DNA of 64,000 nt from Dehalococcoidia bacterium (lineage in GTDB: Bacteria; Chloroflexota; Dehalococcoidia; Lucifugimonadales; UBA3495): NCBI GenBank assembly GCA_965221385.1, contig OZ244885.1, positions 2,325,314 to 2,389,313 on the forward strand, in the 5' to 3' direction. Below, in pieces: positions 20,292 to 29,244 of the stretch (within the stretch, counting starts at the first letter, position 1; the number at the start of each line of letters is the position of its first letter). The notes beneath the pieces were generated by a model that was given only the letters and a program-made list of their open reading frames with translations, was not told where the DNA came from and did no database searches. A program made the position numbers and the translations under genes.

Positions 20292-20945
20292 ATGCGTAAC
20301 ATCAAAAAAGCCATTGCATGGTCCCTTAGCTTCCGAGCCGCGATGTATATAACTTTTGCCGCTCCTTTTTTTGGCTGGGTCTACTTCGTACTTGCAATAG
20401 GGTTTGAGAACCAATTGCTAGACGGGAAGGTTTCGCCTGTTGTGGTCGCGGTGGGCCTGTTGATATGGTCGGTGGGAGCATGTGTCCCGTTACCCTTTTG
20501 GATGACAAGAAGAGAACCCATCATTTTATTTGCTCTATTTCCGATTGTTCTATATTTTCTCTGGCAGTATCAACGTGCCGGTTTTGGTGACATCATCGCT
20601 GAACTGCTTGAAAGCCCATTCCTCTTGATACCAGTGATTTTGGCTGCCCTTCCGTTCGCCTATTTTTTCGCTGCCTTAATCTATTTCTTCATATTTAGTC
20701 AATTGCGCAAGTTGCGGCGTAAGCGCATAGCTTTATTGGTAGAAAGTGTGGCGATGTTCTTGTTATTTGTACCGACCGTAGTGCTCACCATATTCATTGC
20801 AGATGCTATTGCAGATGCTACCGGTAACGAGCTATTACTAGACATAAGCATTGTAATCAGTGGCATTGTGTTTGGGCCGGTAATAGCTATTCCATTCGGG
20901 AAATTCCTGCAACAATTGGCCGATTTGCCTTCCCGCAGATTCTAG
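20292..20945 (+). CDS. Hypothetical polytopic membrane protein on an AT-rich insert
   Basis: ATG 20292 preceded by GAGGAGG (20277-20283) and an extended -10 TGgTACAAT (20261-20269). About six hydrophobic segments. Composition differs clearly from the flanks. No family recognised. Confidence 0.6.
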   Translation: MRNIKKAIAWSLSFRAAMYITFAAPFFGWVYFVLAIGFENQLLDGKVSPVVVAVGLLIWSVGACVPLPFWMTRREPIILFALFPIVLYFLWQYQRAGFGDIIAELLESPFLLIPVILAALPFAYFFAALIYFFIFSQLRKLRRKRIALLVESVAMFLLFVPTVVLTIFIADAIADATGNELLLDISIVISGIVFGPVIAIPFGKFLQQLADLPSRRF

Positions 20946-21022
20946 ATGGGACTTGACGTCTTGCCACTGAAGAGGCCCCTAGAATCAACCGGCAATTGAA
21001 CATTCGACTTGGGAGTAAAACC

Positions 21023-21446
21023 GTAGGGGCGCACAGCCGTGCGCCCCTACGGGTAACATCAACAGATCTTCCGGGGCCGGCGATTGTACACGCCCTACGG
21101 TCGGGATTCCTCGGCTCCGTTGTCGCTCGGAATGACAGTGAAGGTTGGTTTGGGGTGGGATGGATGGTTGATGGGTGCGGTTGGGATTCCTCGACTCCGT
21201 TGTCGCTTGGGTTGACAGTGAAGGTTGGTTTGGGGTAGGAAGCCCGGTTCCCTGGCTACGGTTGGGATTCCTCGACTCCGTTGTCGCTCGGAATGACGGA
21301 GAAGGTTGGTTTGGGGTGGGATGGCTGGTTGACGCCCTGCGGTTGGGATTCCTCGGCTCCGTTGTCGCTCGGAATGACAGACAAGGTTGGTTTGGGGTGG
21401 GATTACTGGTTGTTGGGGGTAGGGGCGCACAGCCGTGCGCCCCTAC
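21023..21446. repeat. Repeat cluster 3: P palindrome, four reverse 37-nt cores, P palindrome
   Basis: P at 21023-21050 and 21419-21446, both perfect GTAGGGGCGCAC-AGCC-GTGCGCCCCTAC. Reverse cores at 21100-21136, 21180-21216 (degenerate), 21261-21297 and 21342-21378. Period is 80-81 bp. Confidence 0.85.
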
Positions 21447-21476
21447 CCCTATTTCCTTTCGAGGCCGGGCAATGTC

Positions 21477-22712
21477 CTACCCCGGCCGTATCAGTACCAC
21501 CTCCCGCTGCACGGGCGACGAGGCGTAGGGGCCGGTTTCGGACATGTAGGCGTCTATTTCGGAGCGGACGCCAAAGTCGGGCAGGTATATGCCCGGCTCG
21601 ATGGAAAAGCCCACGCCGGGGATTATGCGCCGGGTATCGTGGGTCTCGAACCCGTCCAAGTTCACCGCCTCTCCGTGTACCTCGTAGCTGATGCTGTGGC
21701 CCAGGCGGTGGGTGAAGTAATCGCCGTATCCGTGTTTCTCAATGTAGCTGCGGGCCACGGCGTCCGCCTGCCACCCCTGCACCGCCTCGCCTCGTTGGAA
21801 GGATTGCTGGAGGAACTCCAGGGCCGCGTCCCGGGCCCCGATGACGATGTCGAAGATCTGCTGCTGTTTTTCCGGTACCCGATCCCCCACGAAGGCGGTC
21901 CAGGTGATGTCGGCGTAAACGCTGTCAGGAGTGGCTTCCCTGGCCCATAAATCGATCAGAACCCAATCGCCCTCCTGGAAGGGGCTGCTGCCCTCCGCCT
22001 CCGGTTCGTAGTGGGGGTCGGAGCAATGGGCATTGGCCGATACTATGGGCCCGTCGGCCGCCTCCAGTCCCTCCTCGGCAAAGCGGGCCCGGATGTATTC
22101 GGCAATTTCAAACTCCGTCACCCCATCGCCCAGCCTTTGGCCGATCCGCGCAAAGGCCTGGTTGACGATTACACCCAGCTTTTCGGCGGCCCGGCAGTGG
22201 CCGGCCAGTTGCTCCGGCGACCAGCGTTGGGTGGCGAACTGCATCAGGTCGGCGGAGGACACCACCTCCGGACCCAGGATGCGGACCAGCTCCACGGTGC
22301 CGGCGTCCACCCGGGAAACCCGGGGCAGCTCGTTGTTGGCGGAATACTCCATGGCCACCCGGTCGGCGTTTTCCAGGATATGGGACAGGTGGGTCAGGAG
22401 GGATTGCCGACTGCGGTAAACCACCAGGTTCAGGGCTGGCGCGCCGTCCTCGTCGGGAGCTGCAGCATGGGCGAACTTCCCGGCGTCCACGTGGTGGGTC
22501 AGCAGCGAAGGGTTTCCCGTAGCGGGGATGTACAGGTAGCAGGGTCGGGTGACGTGGCCCGATGCGGCTACCACCTGGGCAAATATGGGGTTGGAACTGC
22601 GATAGTCATGGATCAGCCAGCCGGATAACCCTTCCTGGGCCAGGTAACGGCGGGAAAGCTCAACAATGTCACTGAAGGCCGGGTCTGATGGCATGAGGCG
22701 CTCCTTGGGCAA
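21477..22712 (-). CDS. M24 family metallopeptidase (Xaa-Pro aminopeptidase-like)
   Basis: 411 aa. Metal-ligand motifs HRLGHSISYEVHG and GFSIEPGIY. Confidence 0.85.
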   Translation of the reverse strand: MPKERLMPSDPAFSDIVELSRRYLAQEGLSGWLIHDYRSSNPIFAQVVAASGHVTRPCYLYIPATGNPSLLTHHVDAGKFAHAAAPDEDGAPALNLVVYRSRQSLLTHLSHILENADRVAMEYSANNELPRVSRVDAGTVELVRILGPEVVSSADLMQFATQRWSPEQLAGHCRAAEKLGVIVNQAFARIGQRLGDGVTEFEIAEYIRARFAEEGLEAADGPIVSANAHCSDPHYEPEAEGSSPFQEGDWVLIDLWAREATPDSVYADITWTAFVGDRVPEKQQQIFDIVIGARDAALEFLQQSFQRGEAVQGWQADAVARSYIEKHGYGDYFTHRLGHSISYEVHGEAVNLDGFETHDTRRIIPGVGFSIEPGIYLPDFGVRSEIDAYMSETGPYASSPVQREVVLIRPG

Positions 22713-22866
22713 TGTAAGAAGTCAGCGATCTGAACCGTCTGCTGACCAAACGGCAGGTACGTGGATGGGCTGAGGAAGCTCGCCCCAATGCTCGCCCTGG
22801 TGAAGGTTGAAAAAAGCCGGAATCAGGGCGGAGTCAGGCTTGGGAAACGGACTGCCCGGACGAACC

Positions 22867-23652
22867 CTACTGGCTCTGACCGCCGTCCACTGAAATGGTG
22901 GCGCCGGTCAGGTAGCCGGCTTTCTCCGAGGCCAGGAAGGCGACCATTTCGCCGATTTCTTCGGGTCGGCCCAGCCGCTTCATGGGAACTCGCTTGCACG
23001 TCTGCCGGGTCAGTTCGGCCAATCTTTCCTTGTCGCCGCCCGCCTGGGCCTCCAGGTTCTGCTTCAGTTCCTCGGTGTCCAGGGCGCCGGTGAGCAGGCT
23101 GTTAACGGTGATGTTGAAGGGGGCCAACTCCTGGGCAAGGGTCTTGAAGTAGCCAATGAGAAATAGCTGGCGGGCCGTCCCCTGGTGGGCGCCCTTAACC
23201 ACCTGCTGCGTGGAAGCCAGATCCAAATTGATGATGCGGCCCCAGTGTTCTTGCTTCATGTAGGGAACGACTTCCCGGGTCAGGCGGATTGCGCTCAGCA
23301 GGTCGCGTTCCACCTCCTCGGCCACTTCGCTATCATCAATGTCAGAGAGGAAACCATCCTGATGTTGCCTGGTCCGGTTCACCAGGATGTCTATCTGGCC
23401 GAACCGGTTTACCGTGTCGCGAACCACCCGGCGGATGTCCCTGGGTTCGGTCAGGTCGGCCGGCATGGCCAGCACATTGTGCTGCGTTCCGATGCGGGCG
23501 ACTTCGATTTCCGCCCGGCGCAACCCCTCTTCGTTTCTGGCGCAGAGGGAGACCCTGGCTCCCTCGCTGACCAGCGCCATGGCTACATGCTTCCCAATTT
23601 CCAGGCCCGTACCGCCGACTATAGCCACCCGCTCAGCTAACCCAAGGTCCAT
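22867..23652 (-). CDS. SDR family oxidoreductase (divergent)
   Basis: 261 aa. Rossmann N-terminus VAIVGGTGLEIGKHVA..GARV and overall FabG-like layout. The catalytic YxxxK region is atypical. Confidence 0.75.
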   Translation of the reverse strand: MDLGLAERVAIVGGTGLEIGKHVAMALVSEGARVSLCARNEEGLRRAEIEVARIGTQHNVLAMPADLTEPRDIRRVVRDTVNRFGQIDILVNRTRQHQDGFLSDIDDSEVAEEVERDLLSAIRLTREVVPYMKQEHWGRIINLDLASTQQVVKGAHQGTARQLFLIGYFKTLAQELAPFNITVNSLLTGALDTEELKQNLEAQAGGDKERLAELTRQTCKRVPMKRLGRPEEIGEMVAFLASEKAGYLTGATISVDGGQSQ

Positions 23653-23925
23653 AATTTCAGGCTACCCCCGCCCCCGAATCTCGTCCGTGCTGGAATCTGC
23701 CCACGCCCGGCGATTCATCCTGGTTCCTATTGCTGTAAATTCTATGGAGGCTCAATTACAGCAGTATTACTGCCGGCGCAAGTGGCCAGACTACTTTAGC
23801 TGGCGGTGGCTCTCCCTGCCCGGCCCGCGTACCTGCCAGCCGGGACAGGGGCGCCGGGGGCAATGGGGCTAGTGTCGATGGACTTGATTCCAGGCTGGAA
23901 TGCCGAGTATTGTTCCCTGCACCCC

Positions 23926-23954
23926 TTGCCAGATCGTGAAAAATGGTGCATACT
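23926..23954 (+). promoter_or_regulatory. Candidate promoter of the 5S rRNA gene
   Basis: TTGCCA (23926-23931), 17 nt, CATACT (23949-23954). It ends about 18 nt upstream of the 5S 5' end. Confidence 0.35.
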
Positions 23955-23971
23955 CTACCCCGTTGAAAGTA

Positions 23972-24093
23972 CTTCCTGGTGGTTCTAGCGGGGTGGCCCC
24001 ACCCGTTCCCATCCCGAACACGGTAGTGAAACGCCCCAGCGCCGACGATACTGCTTTGGTAACGGAGTGGGAAAATAGGTCACCGCCGGGAAG
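23972..24093 (+). rRNA. rrf: 5S ribosomal RNA, not linked to a 23S gene in this window
   Basis: The sequence carries the universal 5S core. It reads TTCCTGGTGGTTCTAGCGGGGTGGCCCCACCCGTTCCCATCCCGAACACGGTAGTGAAACGCCCCAGCGCCGACGATACT..GGGAAAATAGGTCACCGCCGGGAAG. The termini pair as helix I. Ends are accurate to about 2 nt. Confidence 0.85.
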
Positions 24094-24246
24094 TATTTCA
24101 AAGAACCCCTGGCGCCGGCGGTCCCCCCACCCTCAATGGGGCTTCCCGACCCCGCCGGACCGTAAAGCTTCTTCGGACCAGCGCCGCTTCACCGGAAATT
24201 AAAGAGGTAGTTAAACTTGCTTGAAGCCGGGTGGCGCGGGAACTGC

Positions 24247-24276
24247 TTTACATTAACCGAATATCTACAATATAAT
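24247..24276 (+). promoter_or_regulatory. Candidate sigma-70-type promoter of clpC
   Basis: TTTACA (24247-24252), 18 nt, TATAAT (24271-24276), in an AT-rich patch about 130 nt upstream of the clpC ATG. Confidence 0.5.
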
Positions 24277-24409
24277 TCAGTCGAGTTAAATGTCGGGTAA
24301 TTCCAGATACAAACAGCAAGGGCGTTGCTTCGGTTGGTGTCCCGCGAGCGGCCCCGGTTCGGCCTGAATCCCCGGAAGCAGCCCCGTATTACCTGACAGG
24401 AGCGGTATT

Positions 24410-26875
24410 ATGGGCAGCAGATTCGAAAAATTCTCGGAACGGGCGCGGAGAGTCCTGTCGCTGGCTCAGGAAGAGGCCCAGCGCTTCAATCACAATTACA
24501 TAGGCACGGAACATATTCTCCTCGGCCTAGTCCGGGAAACGGAGGGGGTCGCCGCAAGGGTCCTCTCCGGCCTCAGCGTGGACCTGAGCAAGGTTCGGTC
24601 CGCCGTAGAATTCATTATCGGTAGGGGCGAGAAACCGGCCCAGGGCGAGATCGGCCTCACCCCCCGCGCCAAGAAGGTGGTGGAATTGGCGGTGGATGAA
24701 GCCCGCCGCATGAACCACACCTACATCGGCACCGAGCATCTGCTCATCGGCCTGCTCCGGGAAGGAGAGGGCGTCGCCGCAGGTGTGCTGGAAAGCTTGG
24801 GCGTCACCCTCGAAAAGGTTCGCACCGAAACCCACCGCATCCTCAGCAACAGCTCCACCACCAGCGGCTCCCAGGGGGCCCGCACCGGAACCCGTACCCC
24901 CACCCTCGACCAACTGGGCATTGACCTGACCAATGCCGCCCGGGACGGCAAGCTGGACCCGGTGGTGGGTCGCGACTCGGAAATCCAGAGGGTGGTCCAG
25001 ATCCTCAGCCGCCGCACCAAGAATAATCCGGTGCTGGTCGGCGAGCCCGGCGTGGGCAAGACAGCCATCGTCGAGGCCCTGGCCCAGCAGATTAACACCG
25101 GCGAAATCCCCGAAACCCTCCAGGGCAAGCGTCTGGTTACCCTGGACATGGGCGCCCTGGTGGCGGGAACCAAGTACCGAGGCGAGTTTGAAGAGCGTCT
25201 CAAGAAGGTCATCGAAGAGATAAAGACCGCCGGCAATTGCGTCCTCTTCATCGACGAGGTGCATACGCTGGTGGGCGCCGGCGCCGCCGAGGGCGCGGTG
25301 GATGCCTCGAACATCCTGAAACCCTCCCTCGCCCGTGGGGAAATCCAATGCATCGGCGCCACCACCCTGGACGACTACCGGAAGTACGTGGAACGAGACC
25401 CGGCCCTGGAACGCCGCCTGCAGCCCGTCCGGGTTGAGGAACCCAACGGCGATGAGACCGTCCAGATTTTGATGGGCGTCAAGGGCAATTACGAGGAACA
25501 CCACAACGTGGAATTCACCGAAGCTGCCATTCGTTCCGCCGCAGCCCTGGCCACCCGATTCATCCCCGACCGCTTCCTGCCCGACAAGGCCATTGACCTG
25601 CTGGACGAGGCCGGCTCCCGCGTCCGCCTCCGGGGCAGCGTTACCCCGACTTCTGTGAAGGATGCCATGGAGGTTCTGGAGAAGGTACGGCAGGAGAAGG
25701 ACGCGGCCATCCAGTCGCAGCAGTACGAGGTTGCCGCCGAGTTGCGGGACCGGGAACTGAATCTCAACCAGGACCTGGATACCCTGAAGGAGGAATGGCA
25801 GGAGGACCGTTCCAATAGCCGTTCCACCGTGACCGAAGAAGACATCGCCGAGGTGGTGAGCATGTGGACCGGTATTCCGGTTACCCGGCTGGCCGCCGAG
25901 GAGACGGAACGCCTCATCAACATGGAAGAGGACCTGCACAAGCGCATCATTGGGCAGGACGAGGCCATCGTCAACATTTCCAAGGCCGTCCGCCGCGCCC
26001 GGGCCGGACTCAAGGACCCCCGTCATCCCATCGGCGTGTTCCTGTTCCTTGGTCCCACCGGCGTGGGCAAGACCGAACTGGTGCGGGCCATGGCCGAGTT
26101 GATGTTCGGTCACGAGGACAACATGATCCGCCTGGATATGTCCGAGTTCCAGGAACGGCATACCGTAGCCCGTCTCATTGGCGCCCCTCCGGGTTACGTG
26201 GGCTACGATGAGGGTGGCCAGCTGACCGAAGGCGTGCGCCGCAAGAATTACTGCGCCATCCTGCTGGACGAAATCGAAAAGGCCCACCCGGAGGTCTTCA
26301 ACATCCTCCTCCAGATTTTCGATGCCGGCCAATTGACCGATGCCCGCGGACGCCGCGTGGACTTCCGCAACTCCATCATCATCATGACCAGCAACCTGGG
26401 TTCCGACCTGATCAAGCGGGACACCACCCTGGGCTTTGGGGTGAAGTCCGACGGCGCCCAGTCCTCCCAGCAGTCATACGAACGGATGAAGGACAAGGTG
26501 ATGGAAGAGGTCAAGCGCTTCTTCCGCCCGGAGTTCCTCAACCGTATTGACGCCACGGTGGTGTTCCACCAGCTGGACAAGGACCAGATTCATGCCATCG
26601 TTGACCTGATGATCAACATGGTGCAGAAGGAACTGGAAGACCGCAACGTCACCCTGGAAATAACCGACGCCGCCCGGGAATACCTGGGTGAGAAGGGGTT
26701 CGACCCGGTGCTGGGCGCCCGGCCCCTGCGCCGCGTCATTCAGAACGAAGTGGAAGACAAGCTGTCCGACGAACTGCTCAGCGGTCGCCTGAACGATGGC
26801 GACGTGGCCGTCGTGGACGTGGAGGAAGACAGCATCGTCATTCACTCCCGGGTACCCGAGGTCGCCCCGGTGTAG
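24410..26875 (+). CDS. clpC: ATP-dependent Clp protease ATP-binding subunit ClpC
   Basis: 821 aa. Two Clp_N repeats, Walker A GEPGVGKT and GPTGVGKT, and a UVR-like linker [13 protein letters not shown]. Confidence 0.92.
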   Translation: MGSRFEKFSERARRVLSLAQEEAQRFNHNYIGTEHILLGLVRETEGVAARVLSGLSVDLSKVRSAVEFIIGRGEKPAQGEIGLTPRAKKVVELAVDEARRMNHTYIGTEHLLIGLLREGEGVAAGVLESLGVTLEKVRTETHRILSNSSTTSGSQGARTGTRTPTLDQLGIDLTNAARDGKLDPVVGRDSEIQRVVQILSRRTKNNPVLVGEPGVGKTAIVEALAQQINTGEIPETLQGKRLVTLDMGALVAGTKYRGEFEERLKKVIEEIKTAGNCVLFIDEVHTLVGAGAAEGAVDASNILKPSLARGEIQCIGATTLDDYRKYVERDPALERRLQPVRVEEPNGDETVQILMGVKGNYEEHHNVEFTEAAIRSAAALATRFIPDRFLPDKAIDLLDEAGSRVRLRGSVTPTSVKDAMEVLEKVRQEKDAAIQSQQYEVAAELRDRELNLNQDLDTLKEEWQEDRSNSRSTVTEEDIAEVVSMWTGIPVTRLAAEETERLINMEEDLHKRIIGQDEAIVNISKAVRRARAGLKDPRHPIGVFLFLGPTGVGKTELVRAMAELMFGHEDNMIRLDMSEFQERHTVARLIGAPPGYVGYDEGGQLTEGVRRKNYCAILLDEIEKAHPEVFNILLQIFDAGQLTDARGRRVDFRNSIIIMTSNLGSDLIKRDTTLGFGVKSDGAQSSQQSYERMKDKVMEEVKRFFRPEFLNRIDATVVFHQLDKDQIHAIVDLMINMVQKELEDRNVTLEITDAAREYLGEKGFDPVLGARPLRRVIQNEVEDKLSDELLSGRLNDGDVAVVDVEEDSIVIHSRVPEVAPV

Positions 26876-26931
26876 GGCTGACTGCAGTCAACCCACCAAA
26901 GTTCACACCCAAACCAAGTCTGGCTACTGAC

Positions 26932-26958
26932 AGCAGGCCCTTCAATCGGGGGCCTGCT
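26932..26958 (+). terminator. Intrinsic terminator after clpC
   Basis: AGCAGGCCC (26932-26940) / GGGCCTGCT (26950-26958): 9-bp stem followed by ATTGTTATATT. Confidence 0.6.
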
Positions 26959-26995
26959 ATTGTTATATTGGGGTTTACAATCAGGAGGCCAGGCT

Positions 26996-28456
26996 ATGAA
27001 CCGTTCCAGGATTCAGGACAAGACCGTCTTCGCGTGCCAGGAATGCGGACACGAAAGCTCCCGTTGGATGGGCTTCTGCCCCTCCCCGGTTTGCGGTTCG
27101 CCCCTTCCGCTCCAGGAAGTGAGGGCGCCCTCAAACCCGCCCTCCCATAGAAGGTGGCTGGCCTCCACCGGAGAGGCTCCTCAGGAATTGTCCCGACTGG
27201 CGCCGGAGGACCGGGGCCGGCTGGCGTTGCCCTCGGAGGAGTTGAACCGGGTGCTGGGAGGCGGCATCGTGGCCGGCTCCGTAGCCCTCCTGGCGGGAGA
27301 ACCCGGGGTGGGCAAGTCCACCCTGCTGCTGCAACTGGCCCGGTACCTTTCCGAAAGCGGGAGGCGGGTTTCCTACCTCAGCGGCGAGGAGTCACCCCAC
27401 CAGGTGAAATTGCGTTCGGAGCGGCTGGGCTTTGGCGGCGAGGGTGTATTCCTGTTGACGGAAACCGATGTGGACCTGGCCCTGGCCCGCCTGGAAGATG
27501 GCAGCCCAAGCCTGGCCATCGTTGATTCGATACAGACCCTGTACACCCAGGATGCTCCCTCCGGCCCGGGCAGCGTGGCCCAGGTGCGAGAATGTGGCCT
27601 GAAACTGATGCAATGGGCAAAGAGCCGCAATGTACCCGTATTCCTGGCCGGCCACATGACCAAGGACGGCTCCCTGGCCGGCCCTCGGGTCCTGGAACAC
27701 ATGGTGGACTTGGTGATGTACCTCGAGGGTCAGGACATCAGCAACTACCGGGTGCTGCGCAGCGGGAAGAACCGCTTCGGTTCCACCACCGAAATCGGCG
27801 TATTCGAGATGACTGCCAAGGGGTTGGTGGAAGTCCCCGACCCCTCCAAAACTCTCCTTTCCCAACGGTATGAACGCAGTGTGGGGGCCGCCCTGGCGCC
27901 CACGCTGGAAGGCAGCCGCCCCCTGGTACTGGAGGTACAGGCCCTCACCTCGCCGGCCTTCGGCCCCGCGCCCCGGCGGGTGGCCAACGGGGTGGACTAC
28001 AACCGGCTGCTGATGCTGGCTGCAGTGGCAACGCGCCGGTCGGGTCTGGCGTTGGCGGGCCAGGACATAATCGTGAACGTGGCCGGCGGCTTCCGGATCA
28101 ACGAACCGGCGGCAGACCTGGCGATCATCCTGGCCATGGCCTCCAGCCTGTGCAACCGGCCCCTTGACCCGCAGATGGTAGCCATCGGAGAGGTGGGACT
28201 GAGCGGGGAATTGCGGACGGTACCCCAGGTGGAACGGCGGGTTTCCGAGGCCGCCCGGCTGGGTTTGCATCGCTGCATTGTCCCAGAAATGGCCCGCGAC
28301 GACCTGGCGGAGGTGACGGGTGTGGAACCGGTGTTCGTACGAACGGCCCGTGAAGCCCTGAGGGCGGCCCTGGGGTCCACCCAGAAGGCAGAGACCAGGT
28401 TCGAGGATGAGGATGCCGGGTGGGAATTGGAAAGTGTCGAGGAATTCCCCTTGTAA
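26996..28456 (+). CDS. radA: DNA repair protein RadA/Sms
   Basis: Start moved to ATG 26996 (AGGAGG SD). Zinc finger CQECGHESSRWMGFCPSPVCGS, Walker A GEPGVGKST, KNRFG motif, and a Lon-protease-like C-terminal domain. Confidence 0.9.
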   Translation: MNRSRIQDKTVFACQECGHESSRWMGFCPSPVCGSPLPLQEVRAPSNPPSHRRWLASTGEAPQELSRLAPEDRGRLALPSEELNRVLGGGIVAGSVALLAGEPGVGKSTLLLQLARYLSESGRRVSYLSGEESPHQVKLRSERLGFGGEGVFLLTETDVDLALARLEDGSPSLAIVDSIQTLYTQDAPSGPGSVAQVRECGLKLMQWAKSRNVPVFLAGHMTKDGSLAGPRVLEHMVDLVMYLEGQDISNYRVLRSGKNRFGSTTEIGVFEMTAKGLVEVPDPSKTLLSQRYERSVGAALAPTLEGSRPLVLEVQALTSPAFGPAPRRVANGVDYNRLLMLAAVATRRSGLALAGQDIIVNVAGGFRINEPAADLAIILAMASSLCNRPLDPQMVAIGEVGLSGELRTVPQVERRVSEAARLGLHRCIVPEMARDDLAEVTGVEPVFVRTAREALRAALGSTQKAETRFEDEDAGWELESVEEFPL

Positions 28457-28691
28457 AGGGCAACCCGTTTACCAATCCCTGCTCCCAAGTCTGCCGCTCG
28501 GAAAGACAAACTATGTCGGGCTGGAGTGGCGTGGCTTACCCTGAATAAAGTGTTGGTTATTGACTACCTCACTTGCGTTGTTTCCACTAATAGTTTAGTC
28601 TTTTGTGTGGAGGGTAACGCGAGGACAAATGGCCTTGAACAGACACAGTTCGGACCCCAATGCATAGTAGAACAATAAGTTGAGGATATGT

Positions 28692-29141
28692 ATGGCAAAG
28701 CCAACTCCAACATACTCAGGGATTCAGTTGCTTGCGATGTATTTTCCCGGTCCAGCACATTGGAGCAATGCGCTACTAACGGCTGCGCTGGAGCGCATAC
28801 TCAATGGCCCTGCGGAACACGAGCGACTCGAACATGAACACGGTATAGCAAGGTTCGATTACAACTTTATTGTGGGATTAGAGACTCAAATAAGAAGGGA
28901 GTTAGGCAGAAGGGCCAACCCTAATGCTGACGCTATAGTGAAGCGTTGCCCGAATTGTGCCGCCGCGCTTCATTGTATAAGAGGAGTGTGCAATCAATCA
29001 TTGGGTTGCGGGAATTTGCAGTGCAATTTCTCCCACTGCGACCGGATACACGATCATTATGATTGTATCCCGGATAGTATTGGAGCACTAACCAAATTGA
29101 AGACAGGAGTGAAGTCCAGCCTATCTAAGCTCTTTCGCTGA
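28692..29141 (+). CDS. Hypothetical Cys/His-rich protein on an AT-rich segment
   Basis: ATG 28692 with GAGGA upstream, 149 aa. The C-terminal part CPNCAAALHCIRGVCNQSLGCGNLQCNFSHCDRIHDHYDC has 9 Cys in about 40 aa. No family recognised. Confidence 0.5.
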   Translation: MAKPTPTYSGIQLLAMYFPGPAHWSNALLTAALERILNGPAEHERLEHEHGIARFDYNFIVGLETQIRRELGRRANPNADAIVKRCPNCAAALHCIRGVCNQSLGCGNLQCNFSHCDRIHDHYDCIPDSIGALTKLKTGVKSSLSKLFR

Positions 29142-29244
29142 CAACTGCTTTCAAGCACCCGTCCTGCCGAGATATTTCCACCGCCCATCCCGTCAACTTG
29201 TACGAATTCCACAGGGGGAAACGCTATGGCCGCGGTATAGCGCC

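Noticed and set aside
19862-21446. Integron-like gene cassette with attC sites
   Set aside because: The core ends (TCCCAAC / GTTGGGA) miss the RYYYAAC / GTTRRRY consensus. The units are tandem without ORFs between them. No intI or attI is present in the window.
24200-24409. CtsR, CIRCE or HAIR heat-shock operators upstream of clpC
   Set aside because: I could not find GGTCAAA direct repeats, TTAGCACTC-N9-GAGTGCTAA or CTTGAGT-N7-ACTCAAG in the leader. No ctsR or mcsAB genes precede clpC.
24527-26332. Long antisense or shadow ORFs opposite real genes
   Set aside because: Examples are 834-2048, 6145-8067, 10996-12681, 17083-18816, 24527-26332, 39956-41461, 48567-49640, 55912-57018 and 58572-59612. 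These are typical high-GC shadow frames: low-complexity R/G/P/A-rich translations with no family motifs. Each is fully overlapped by a gene with clear homology on the other strand.
28564-28758. 64-aa minus-strand ORF upstream of the Cys-rich gene
   Set aside because: It has no SD, overlaps the better-supported plus-strand start region, and has no recognisable features.
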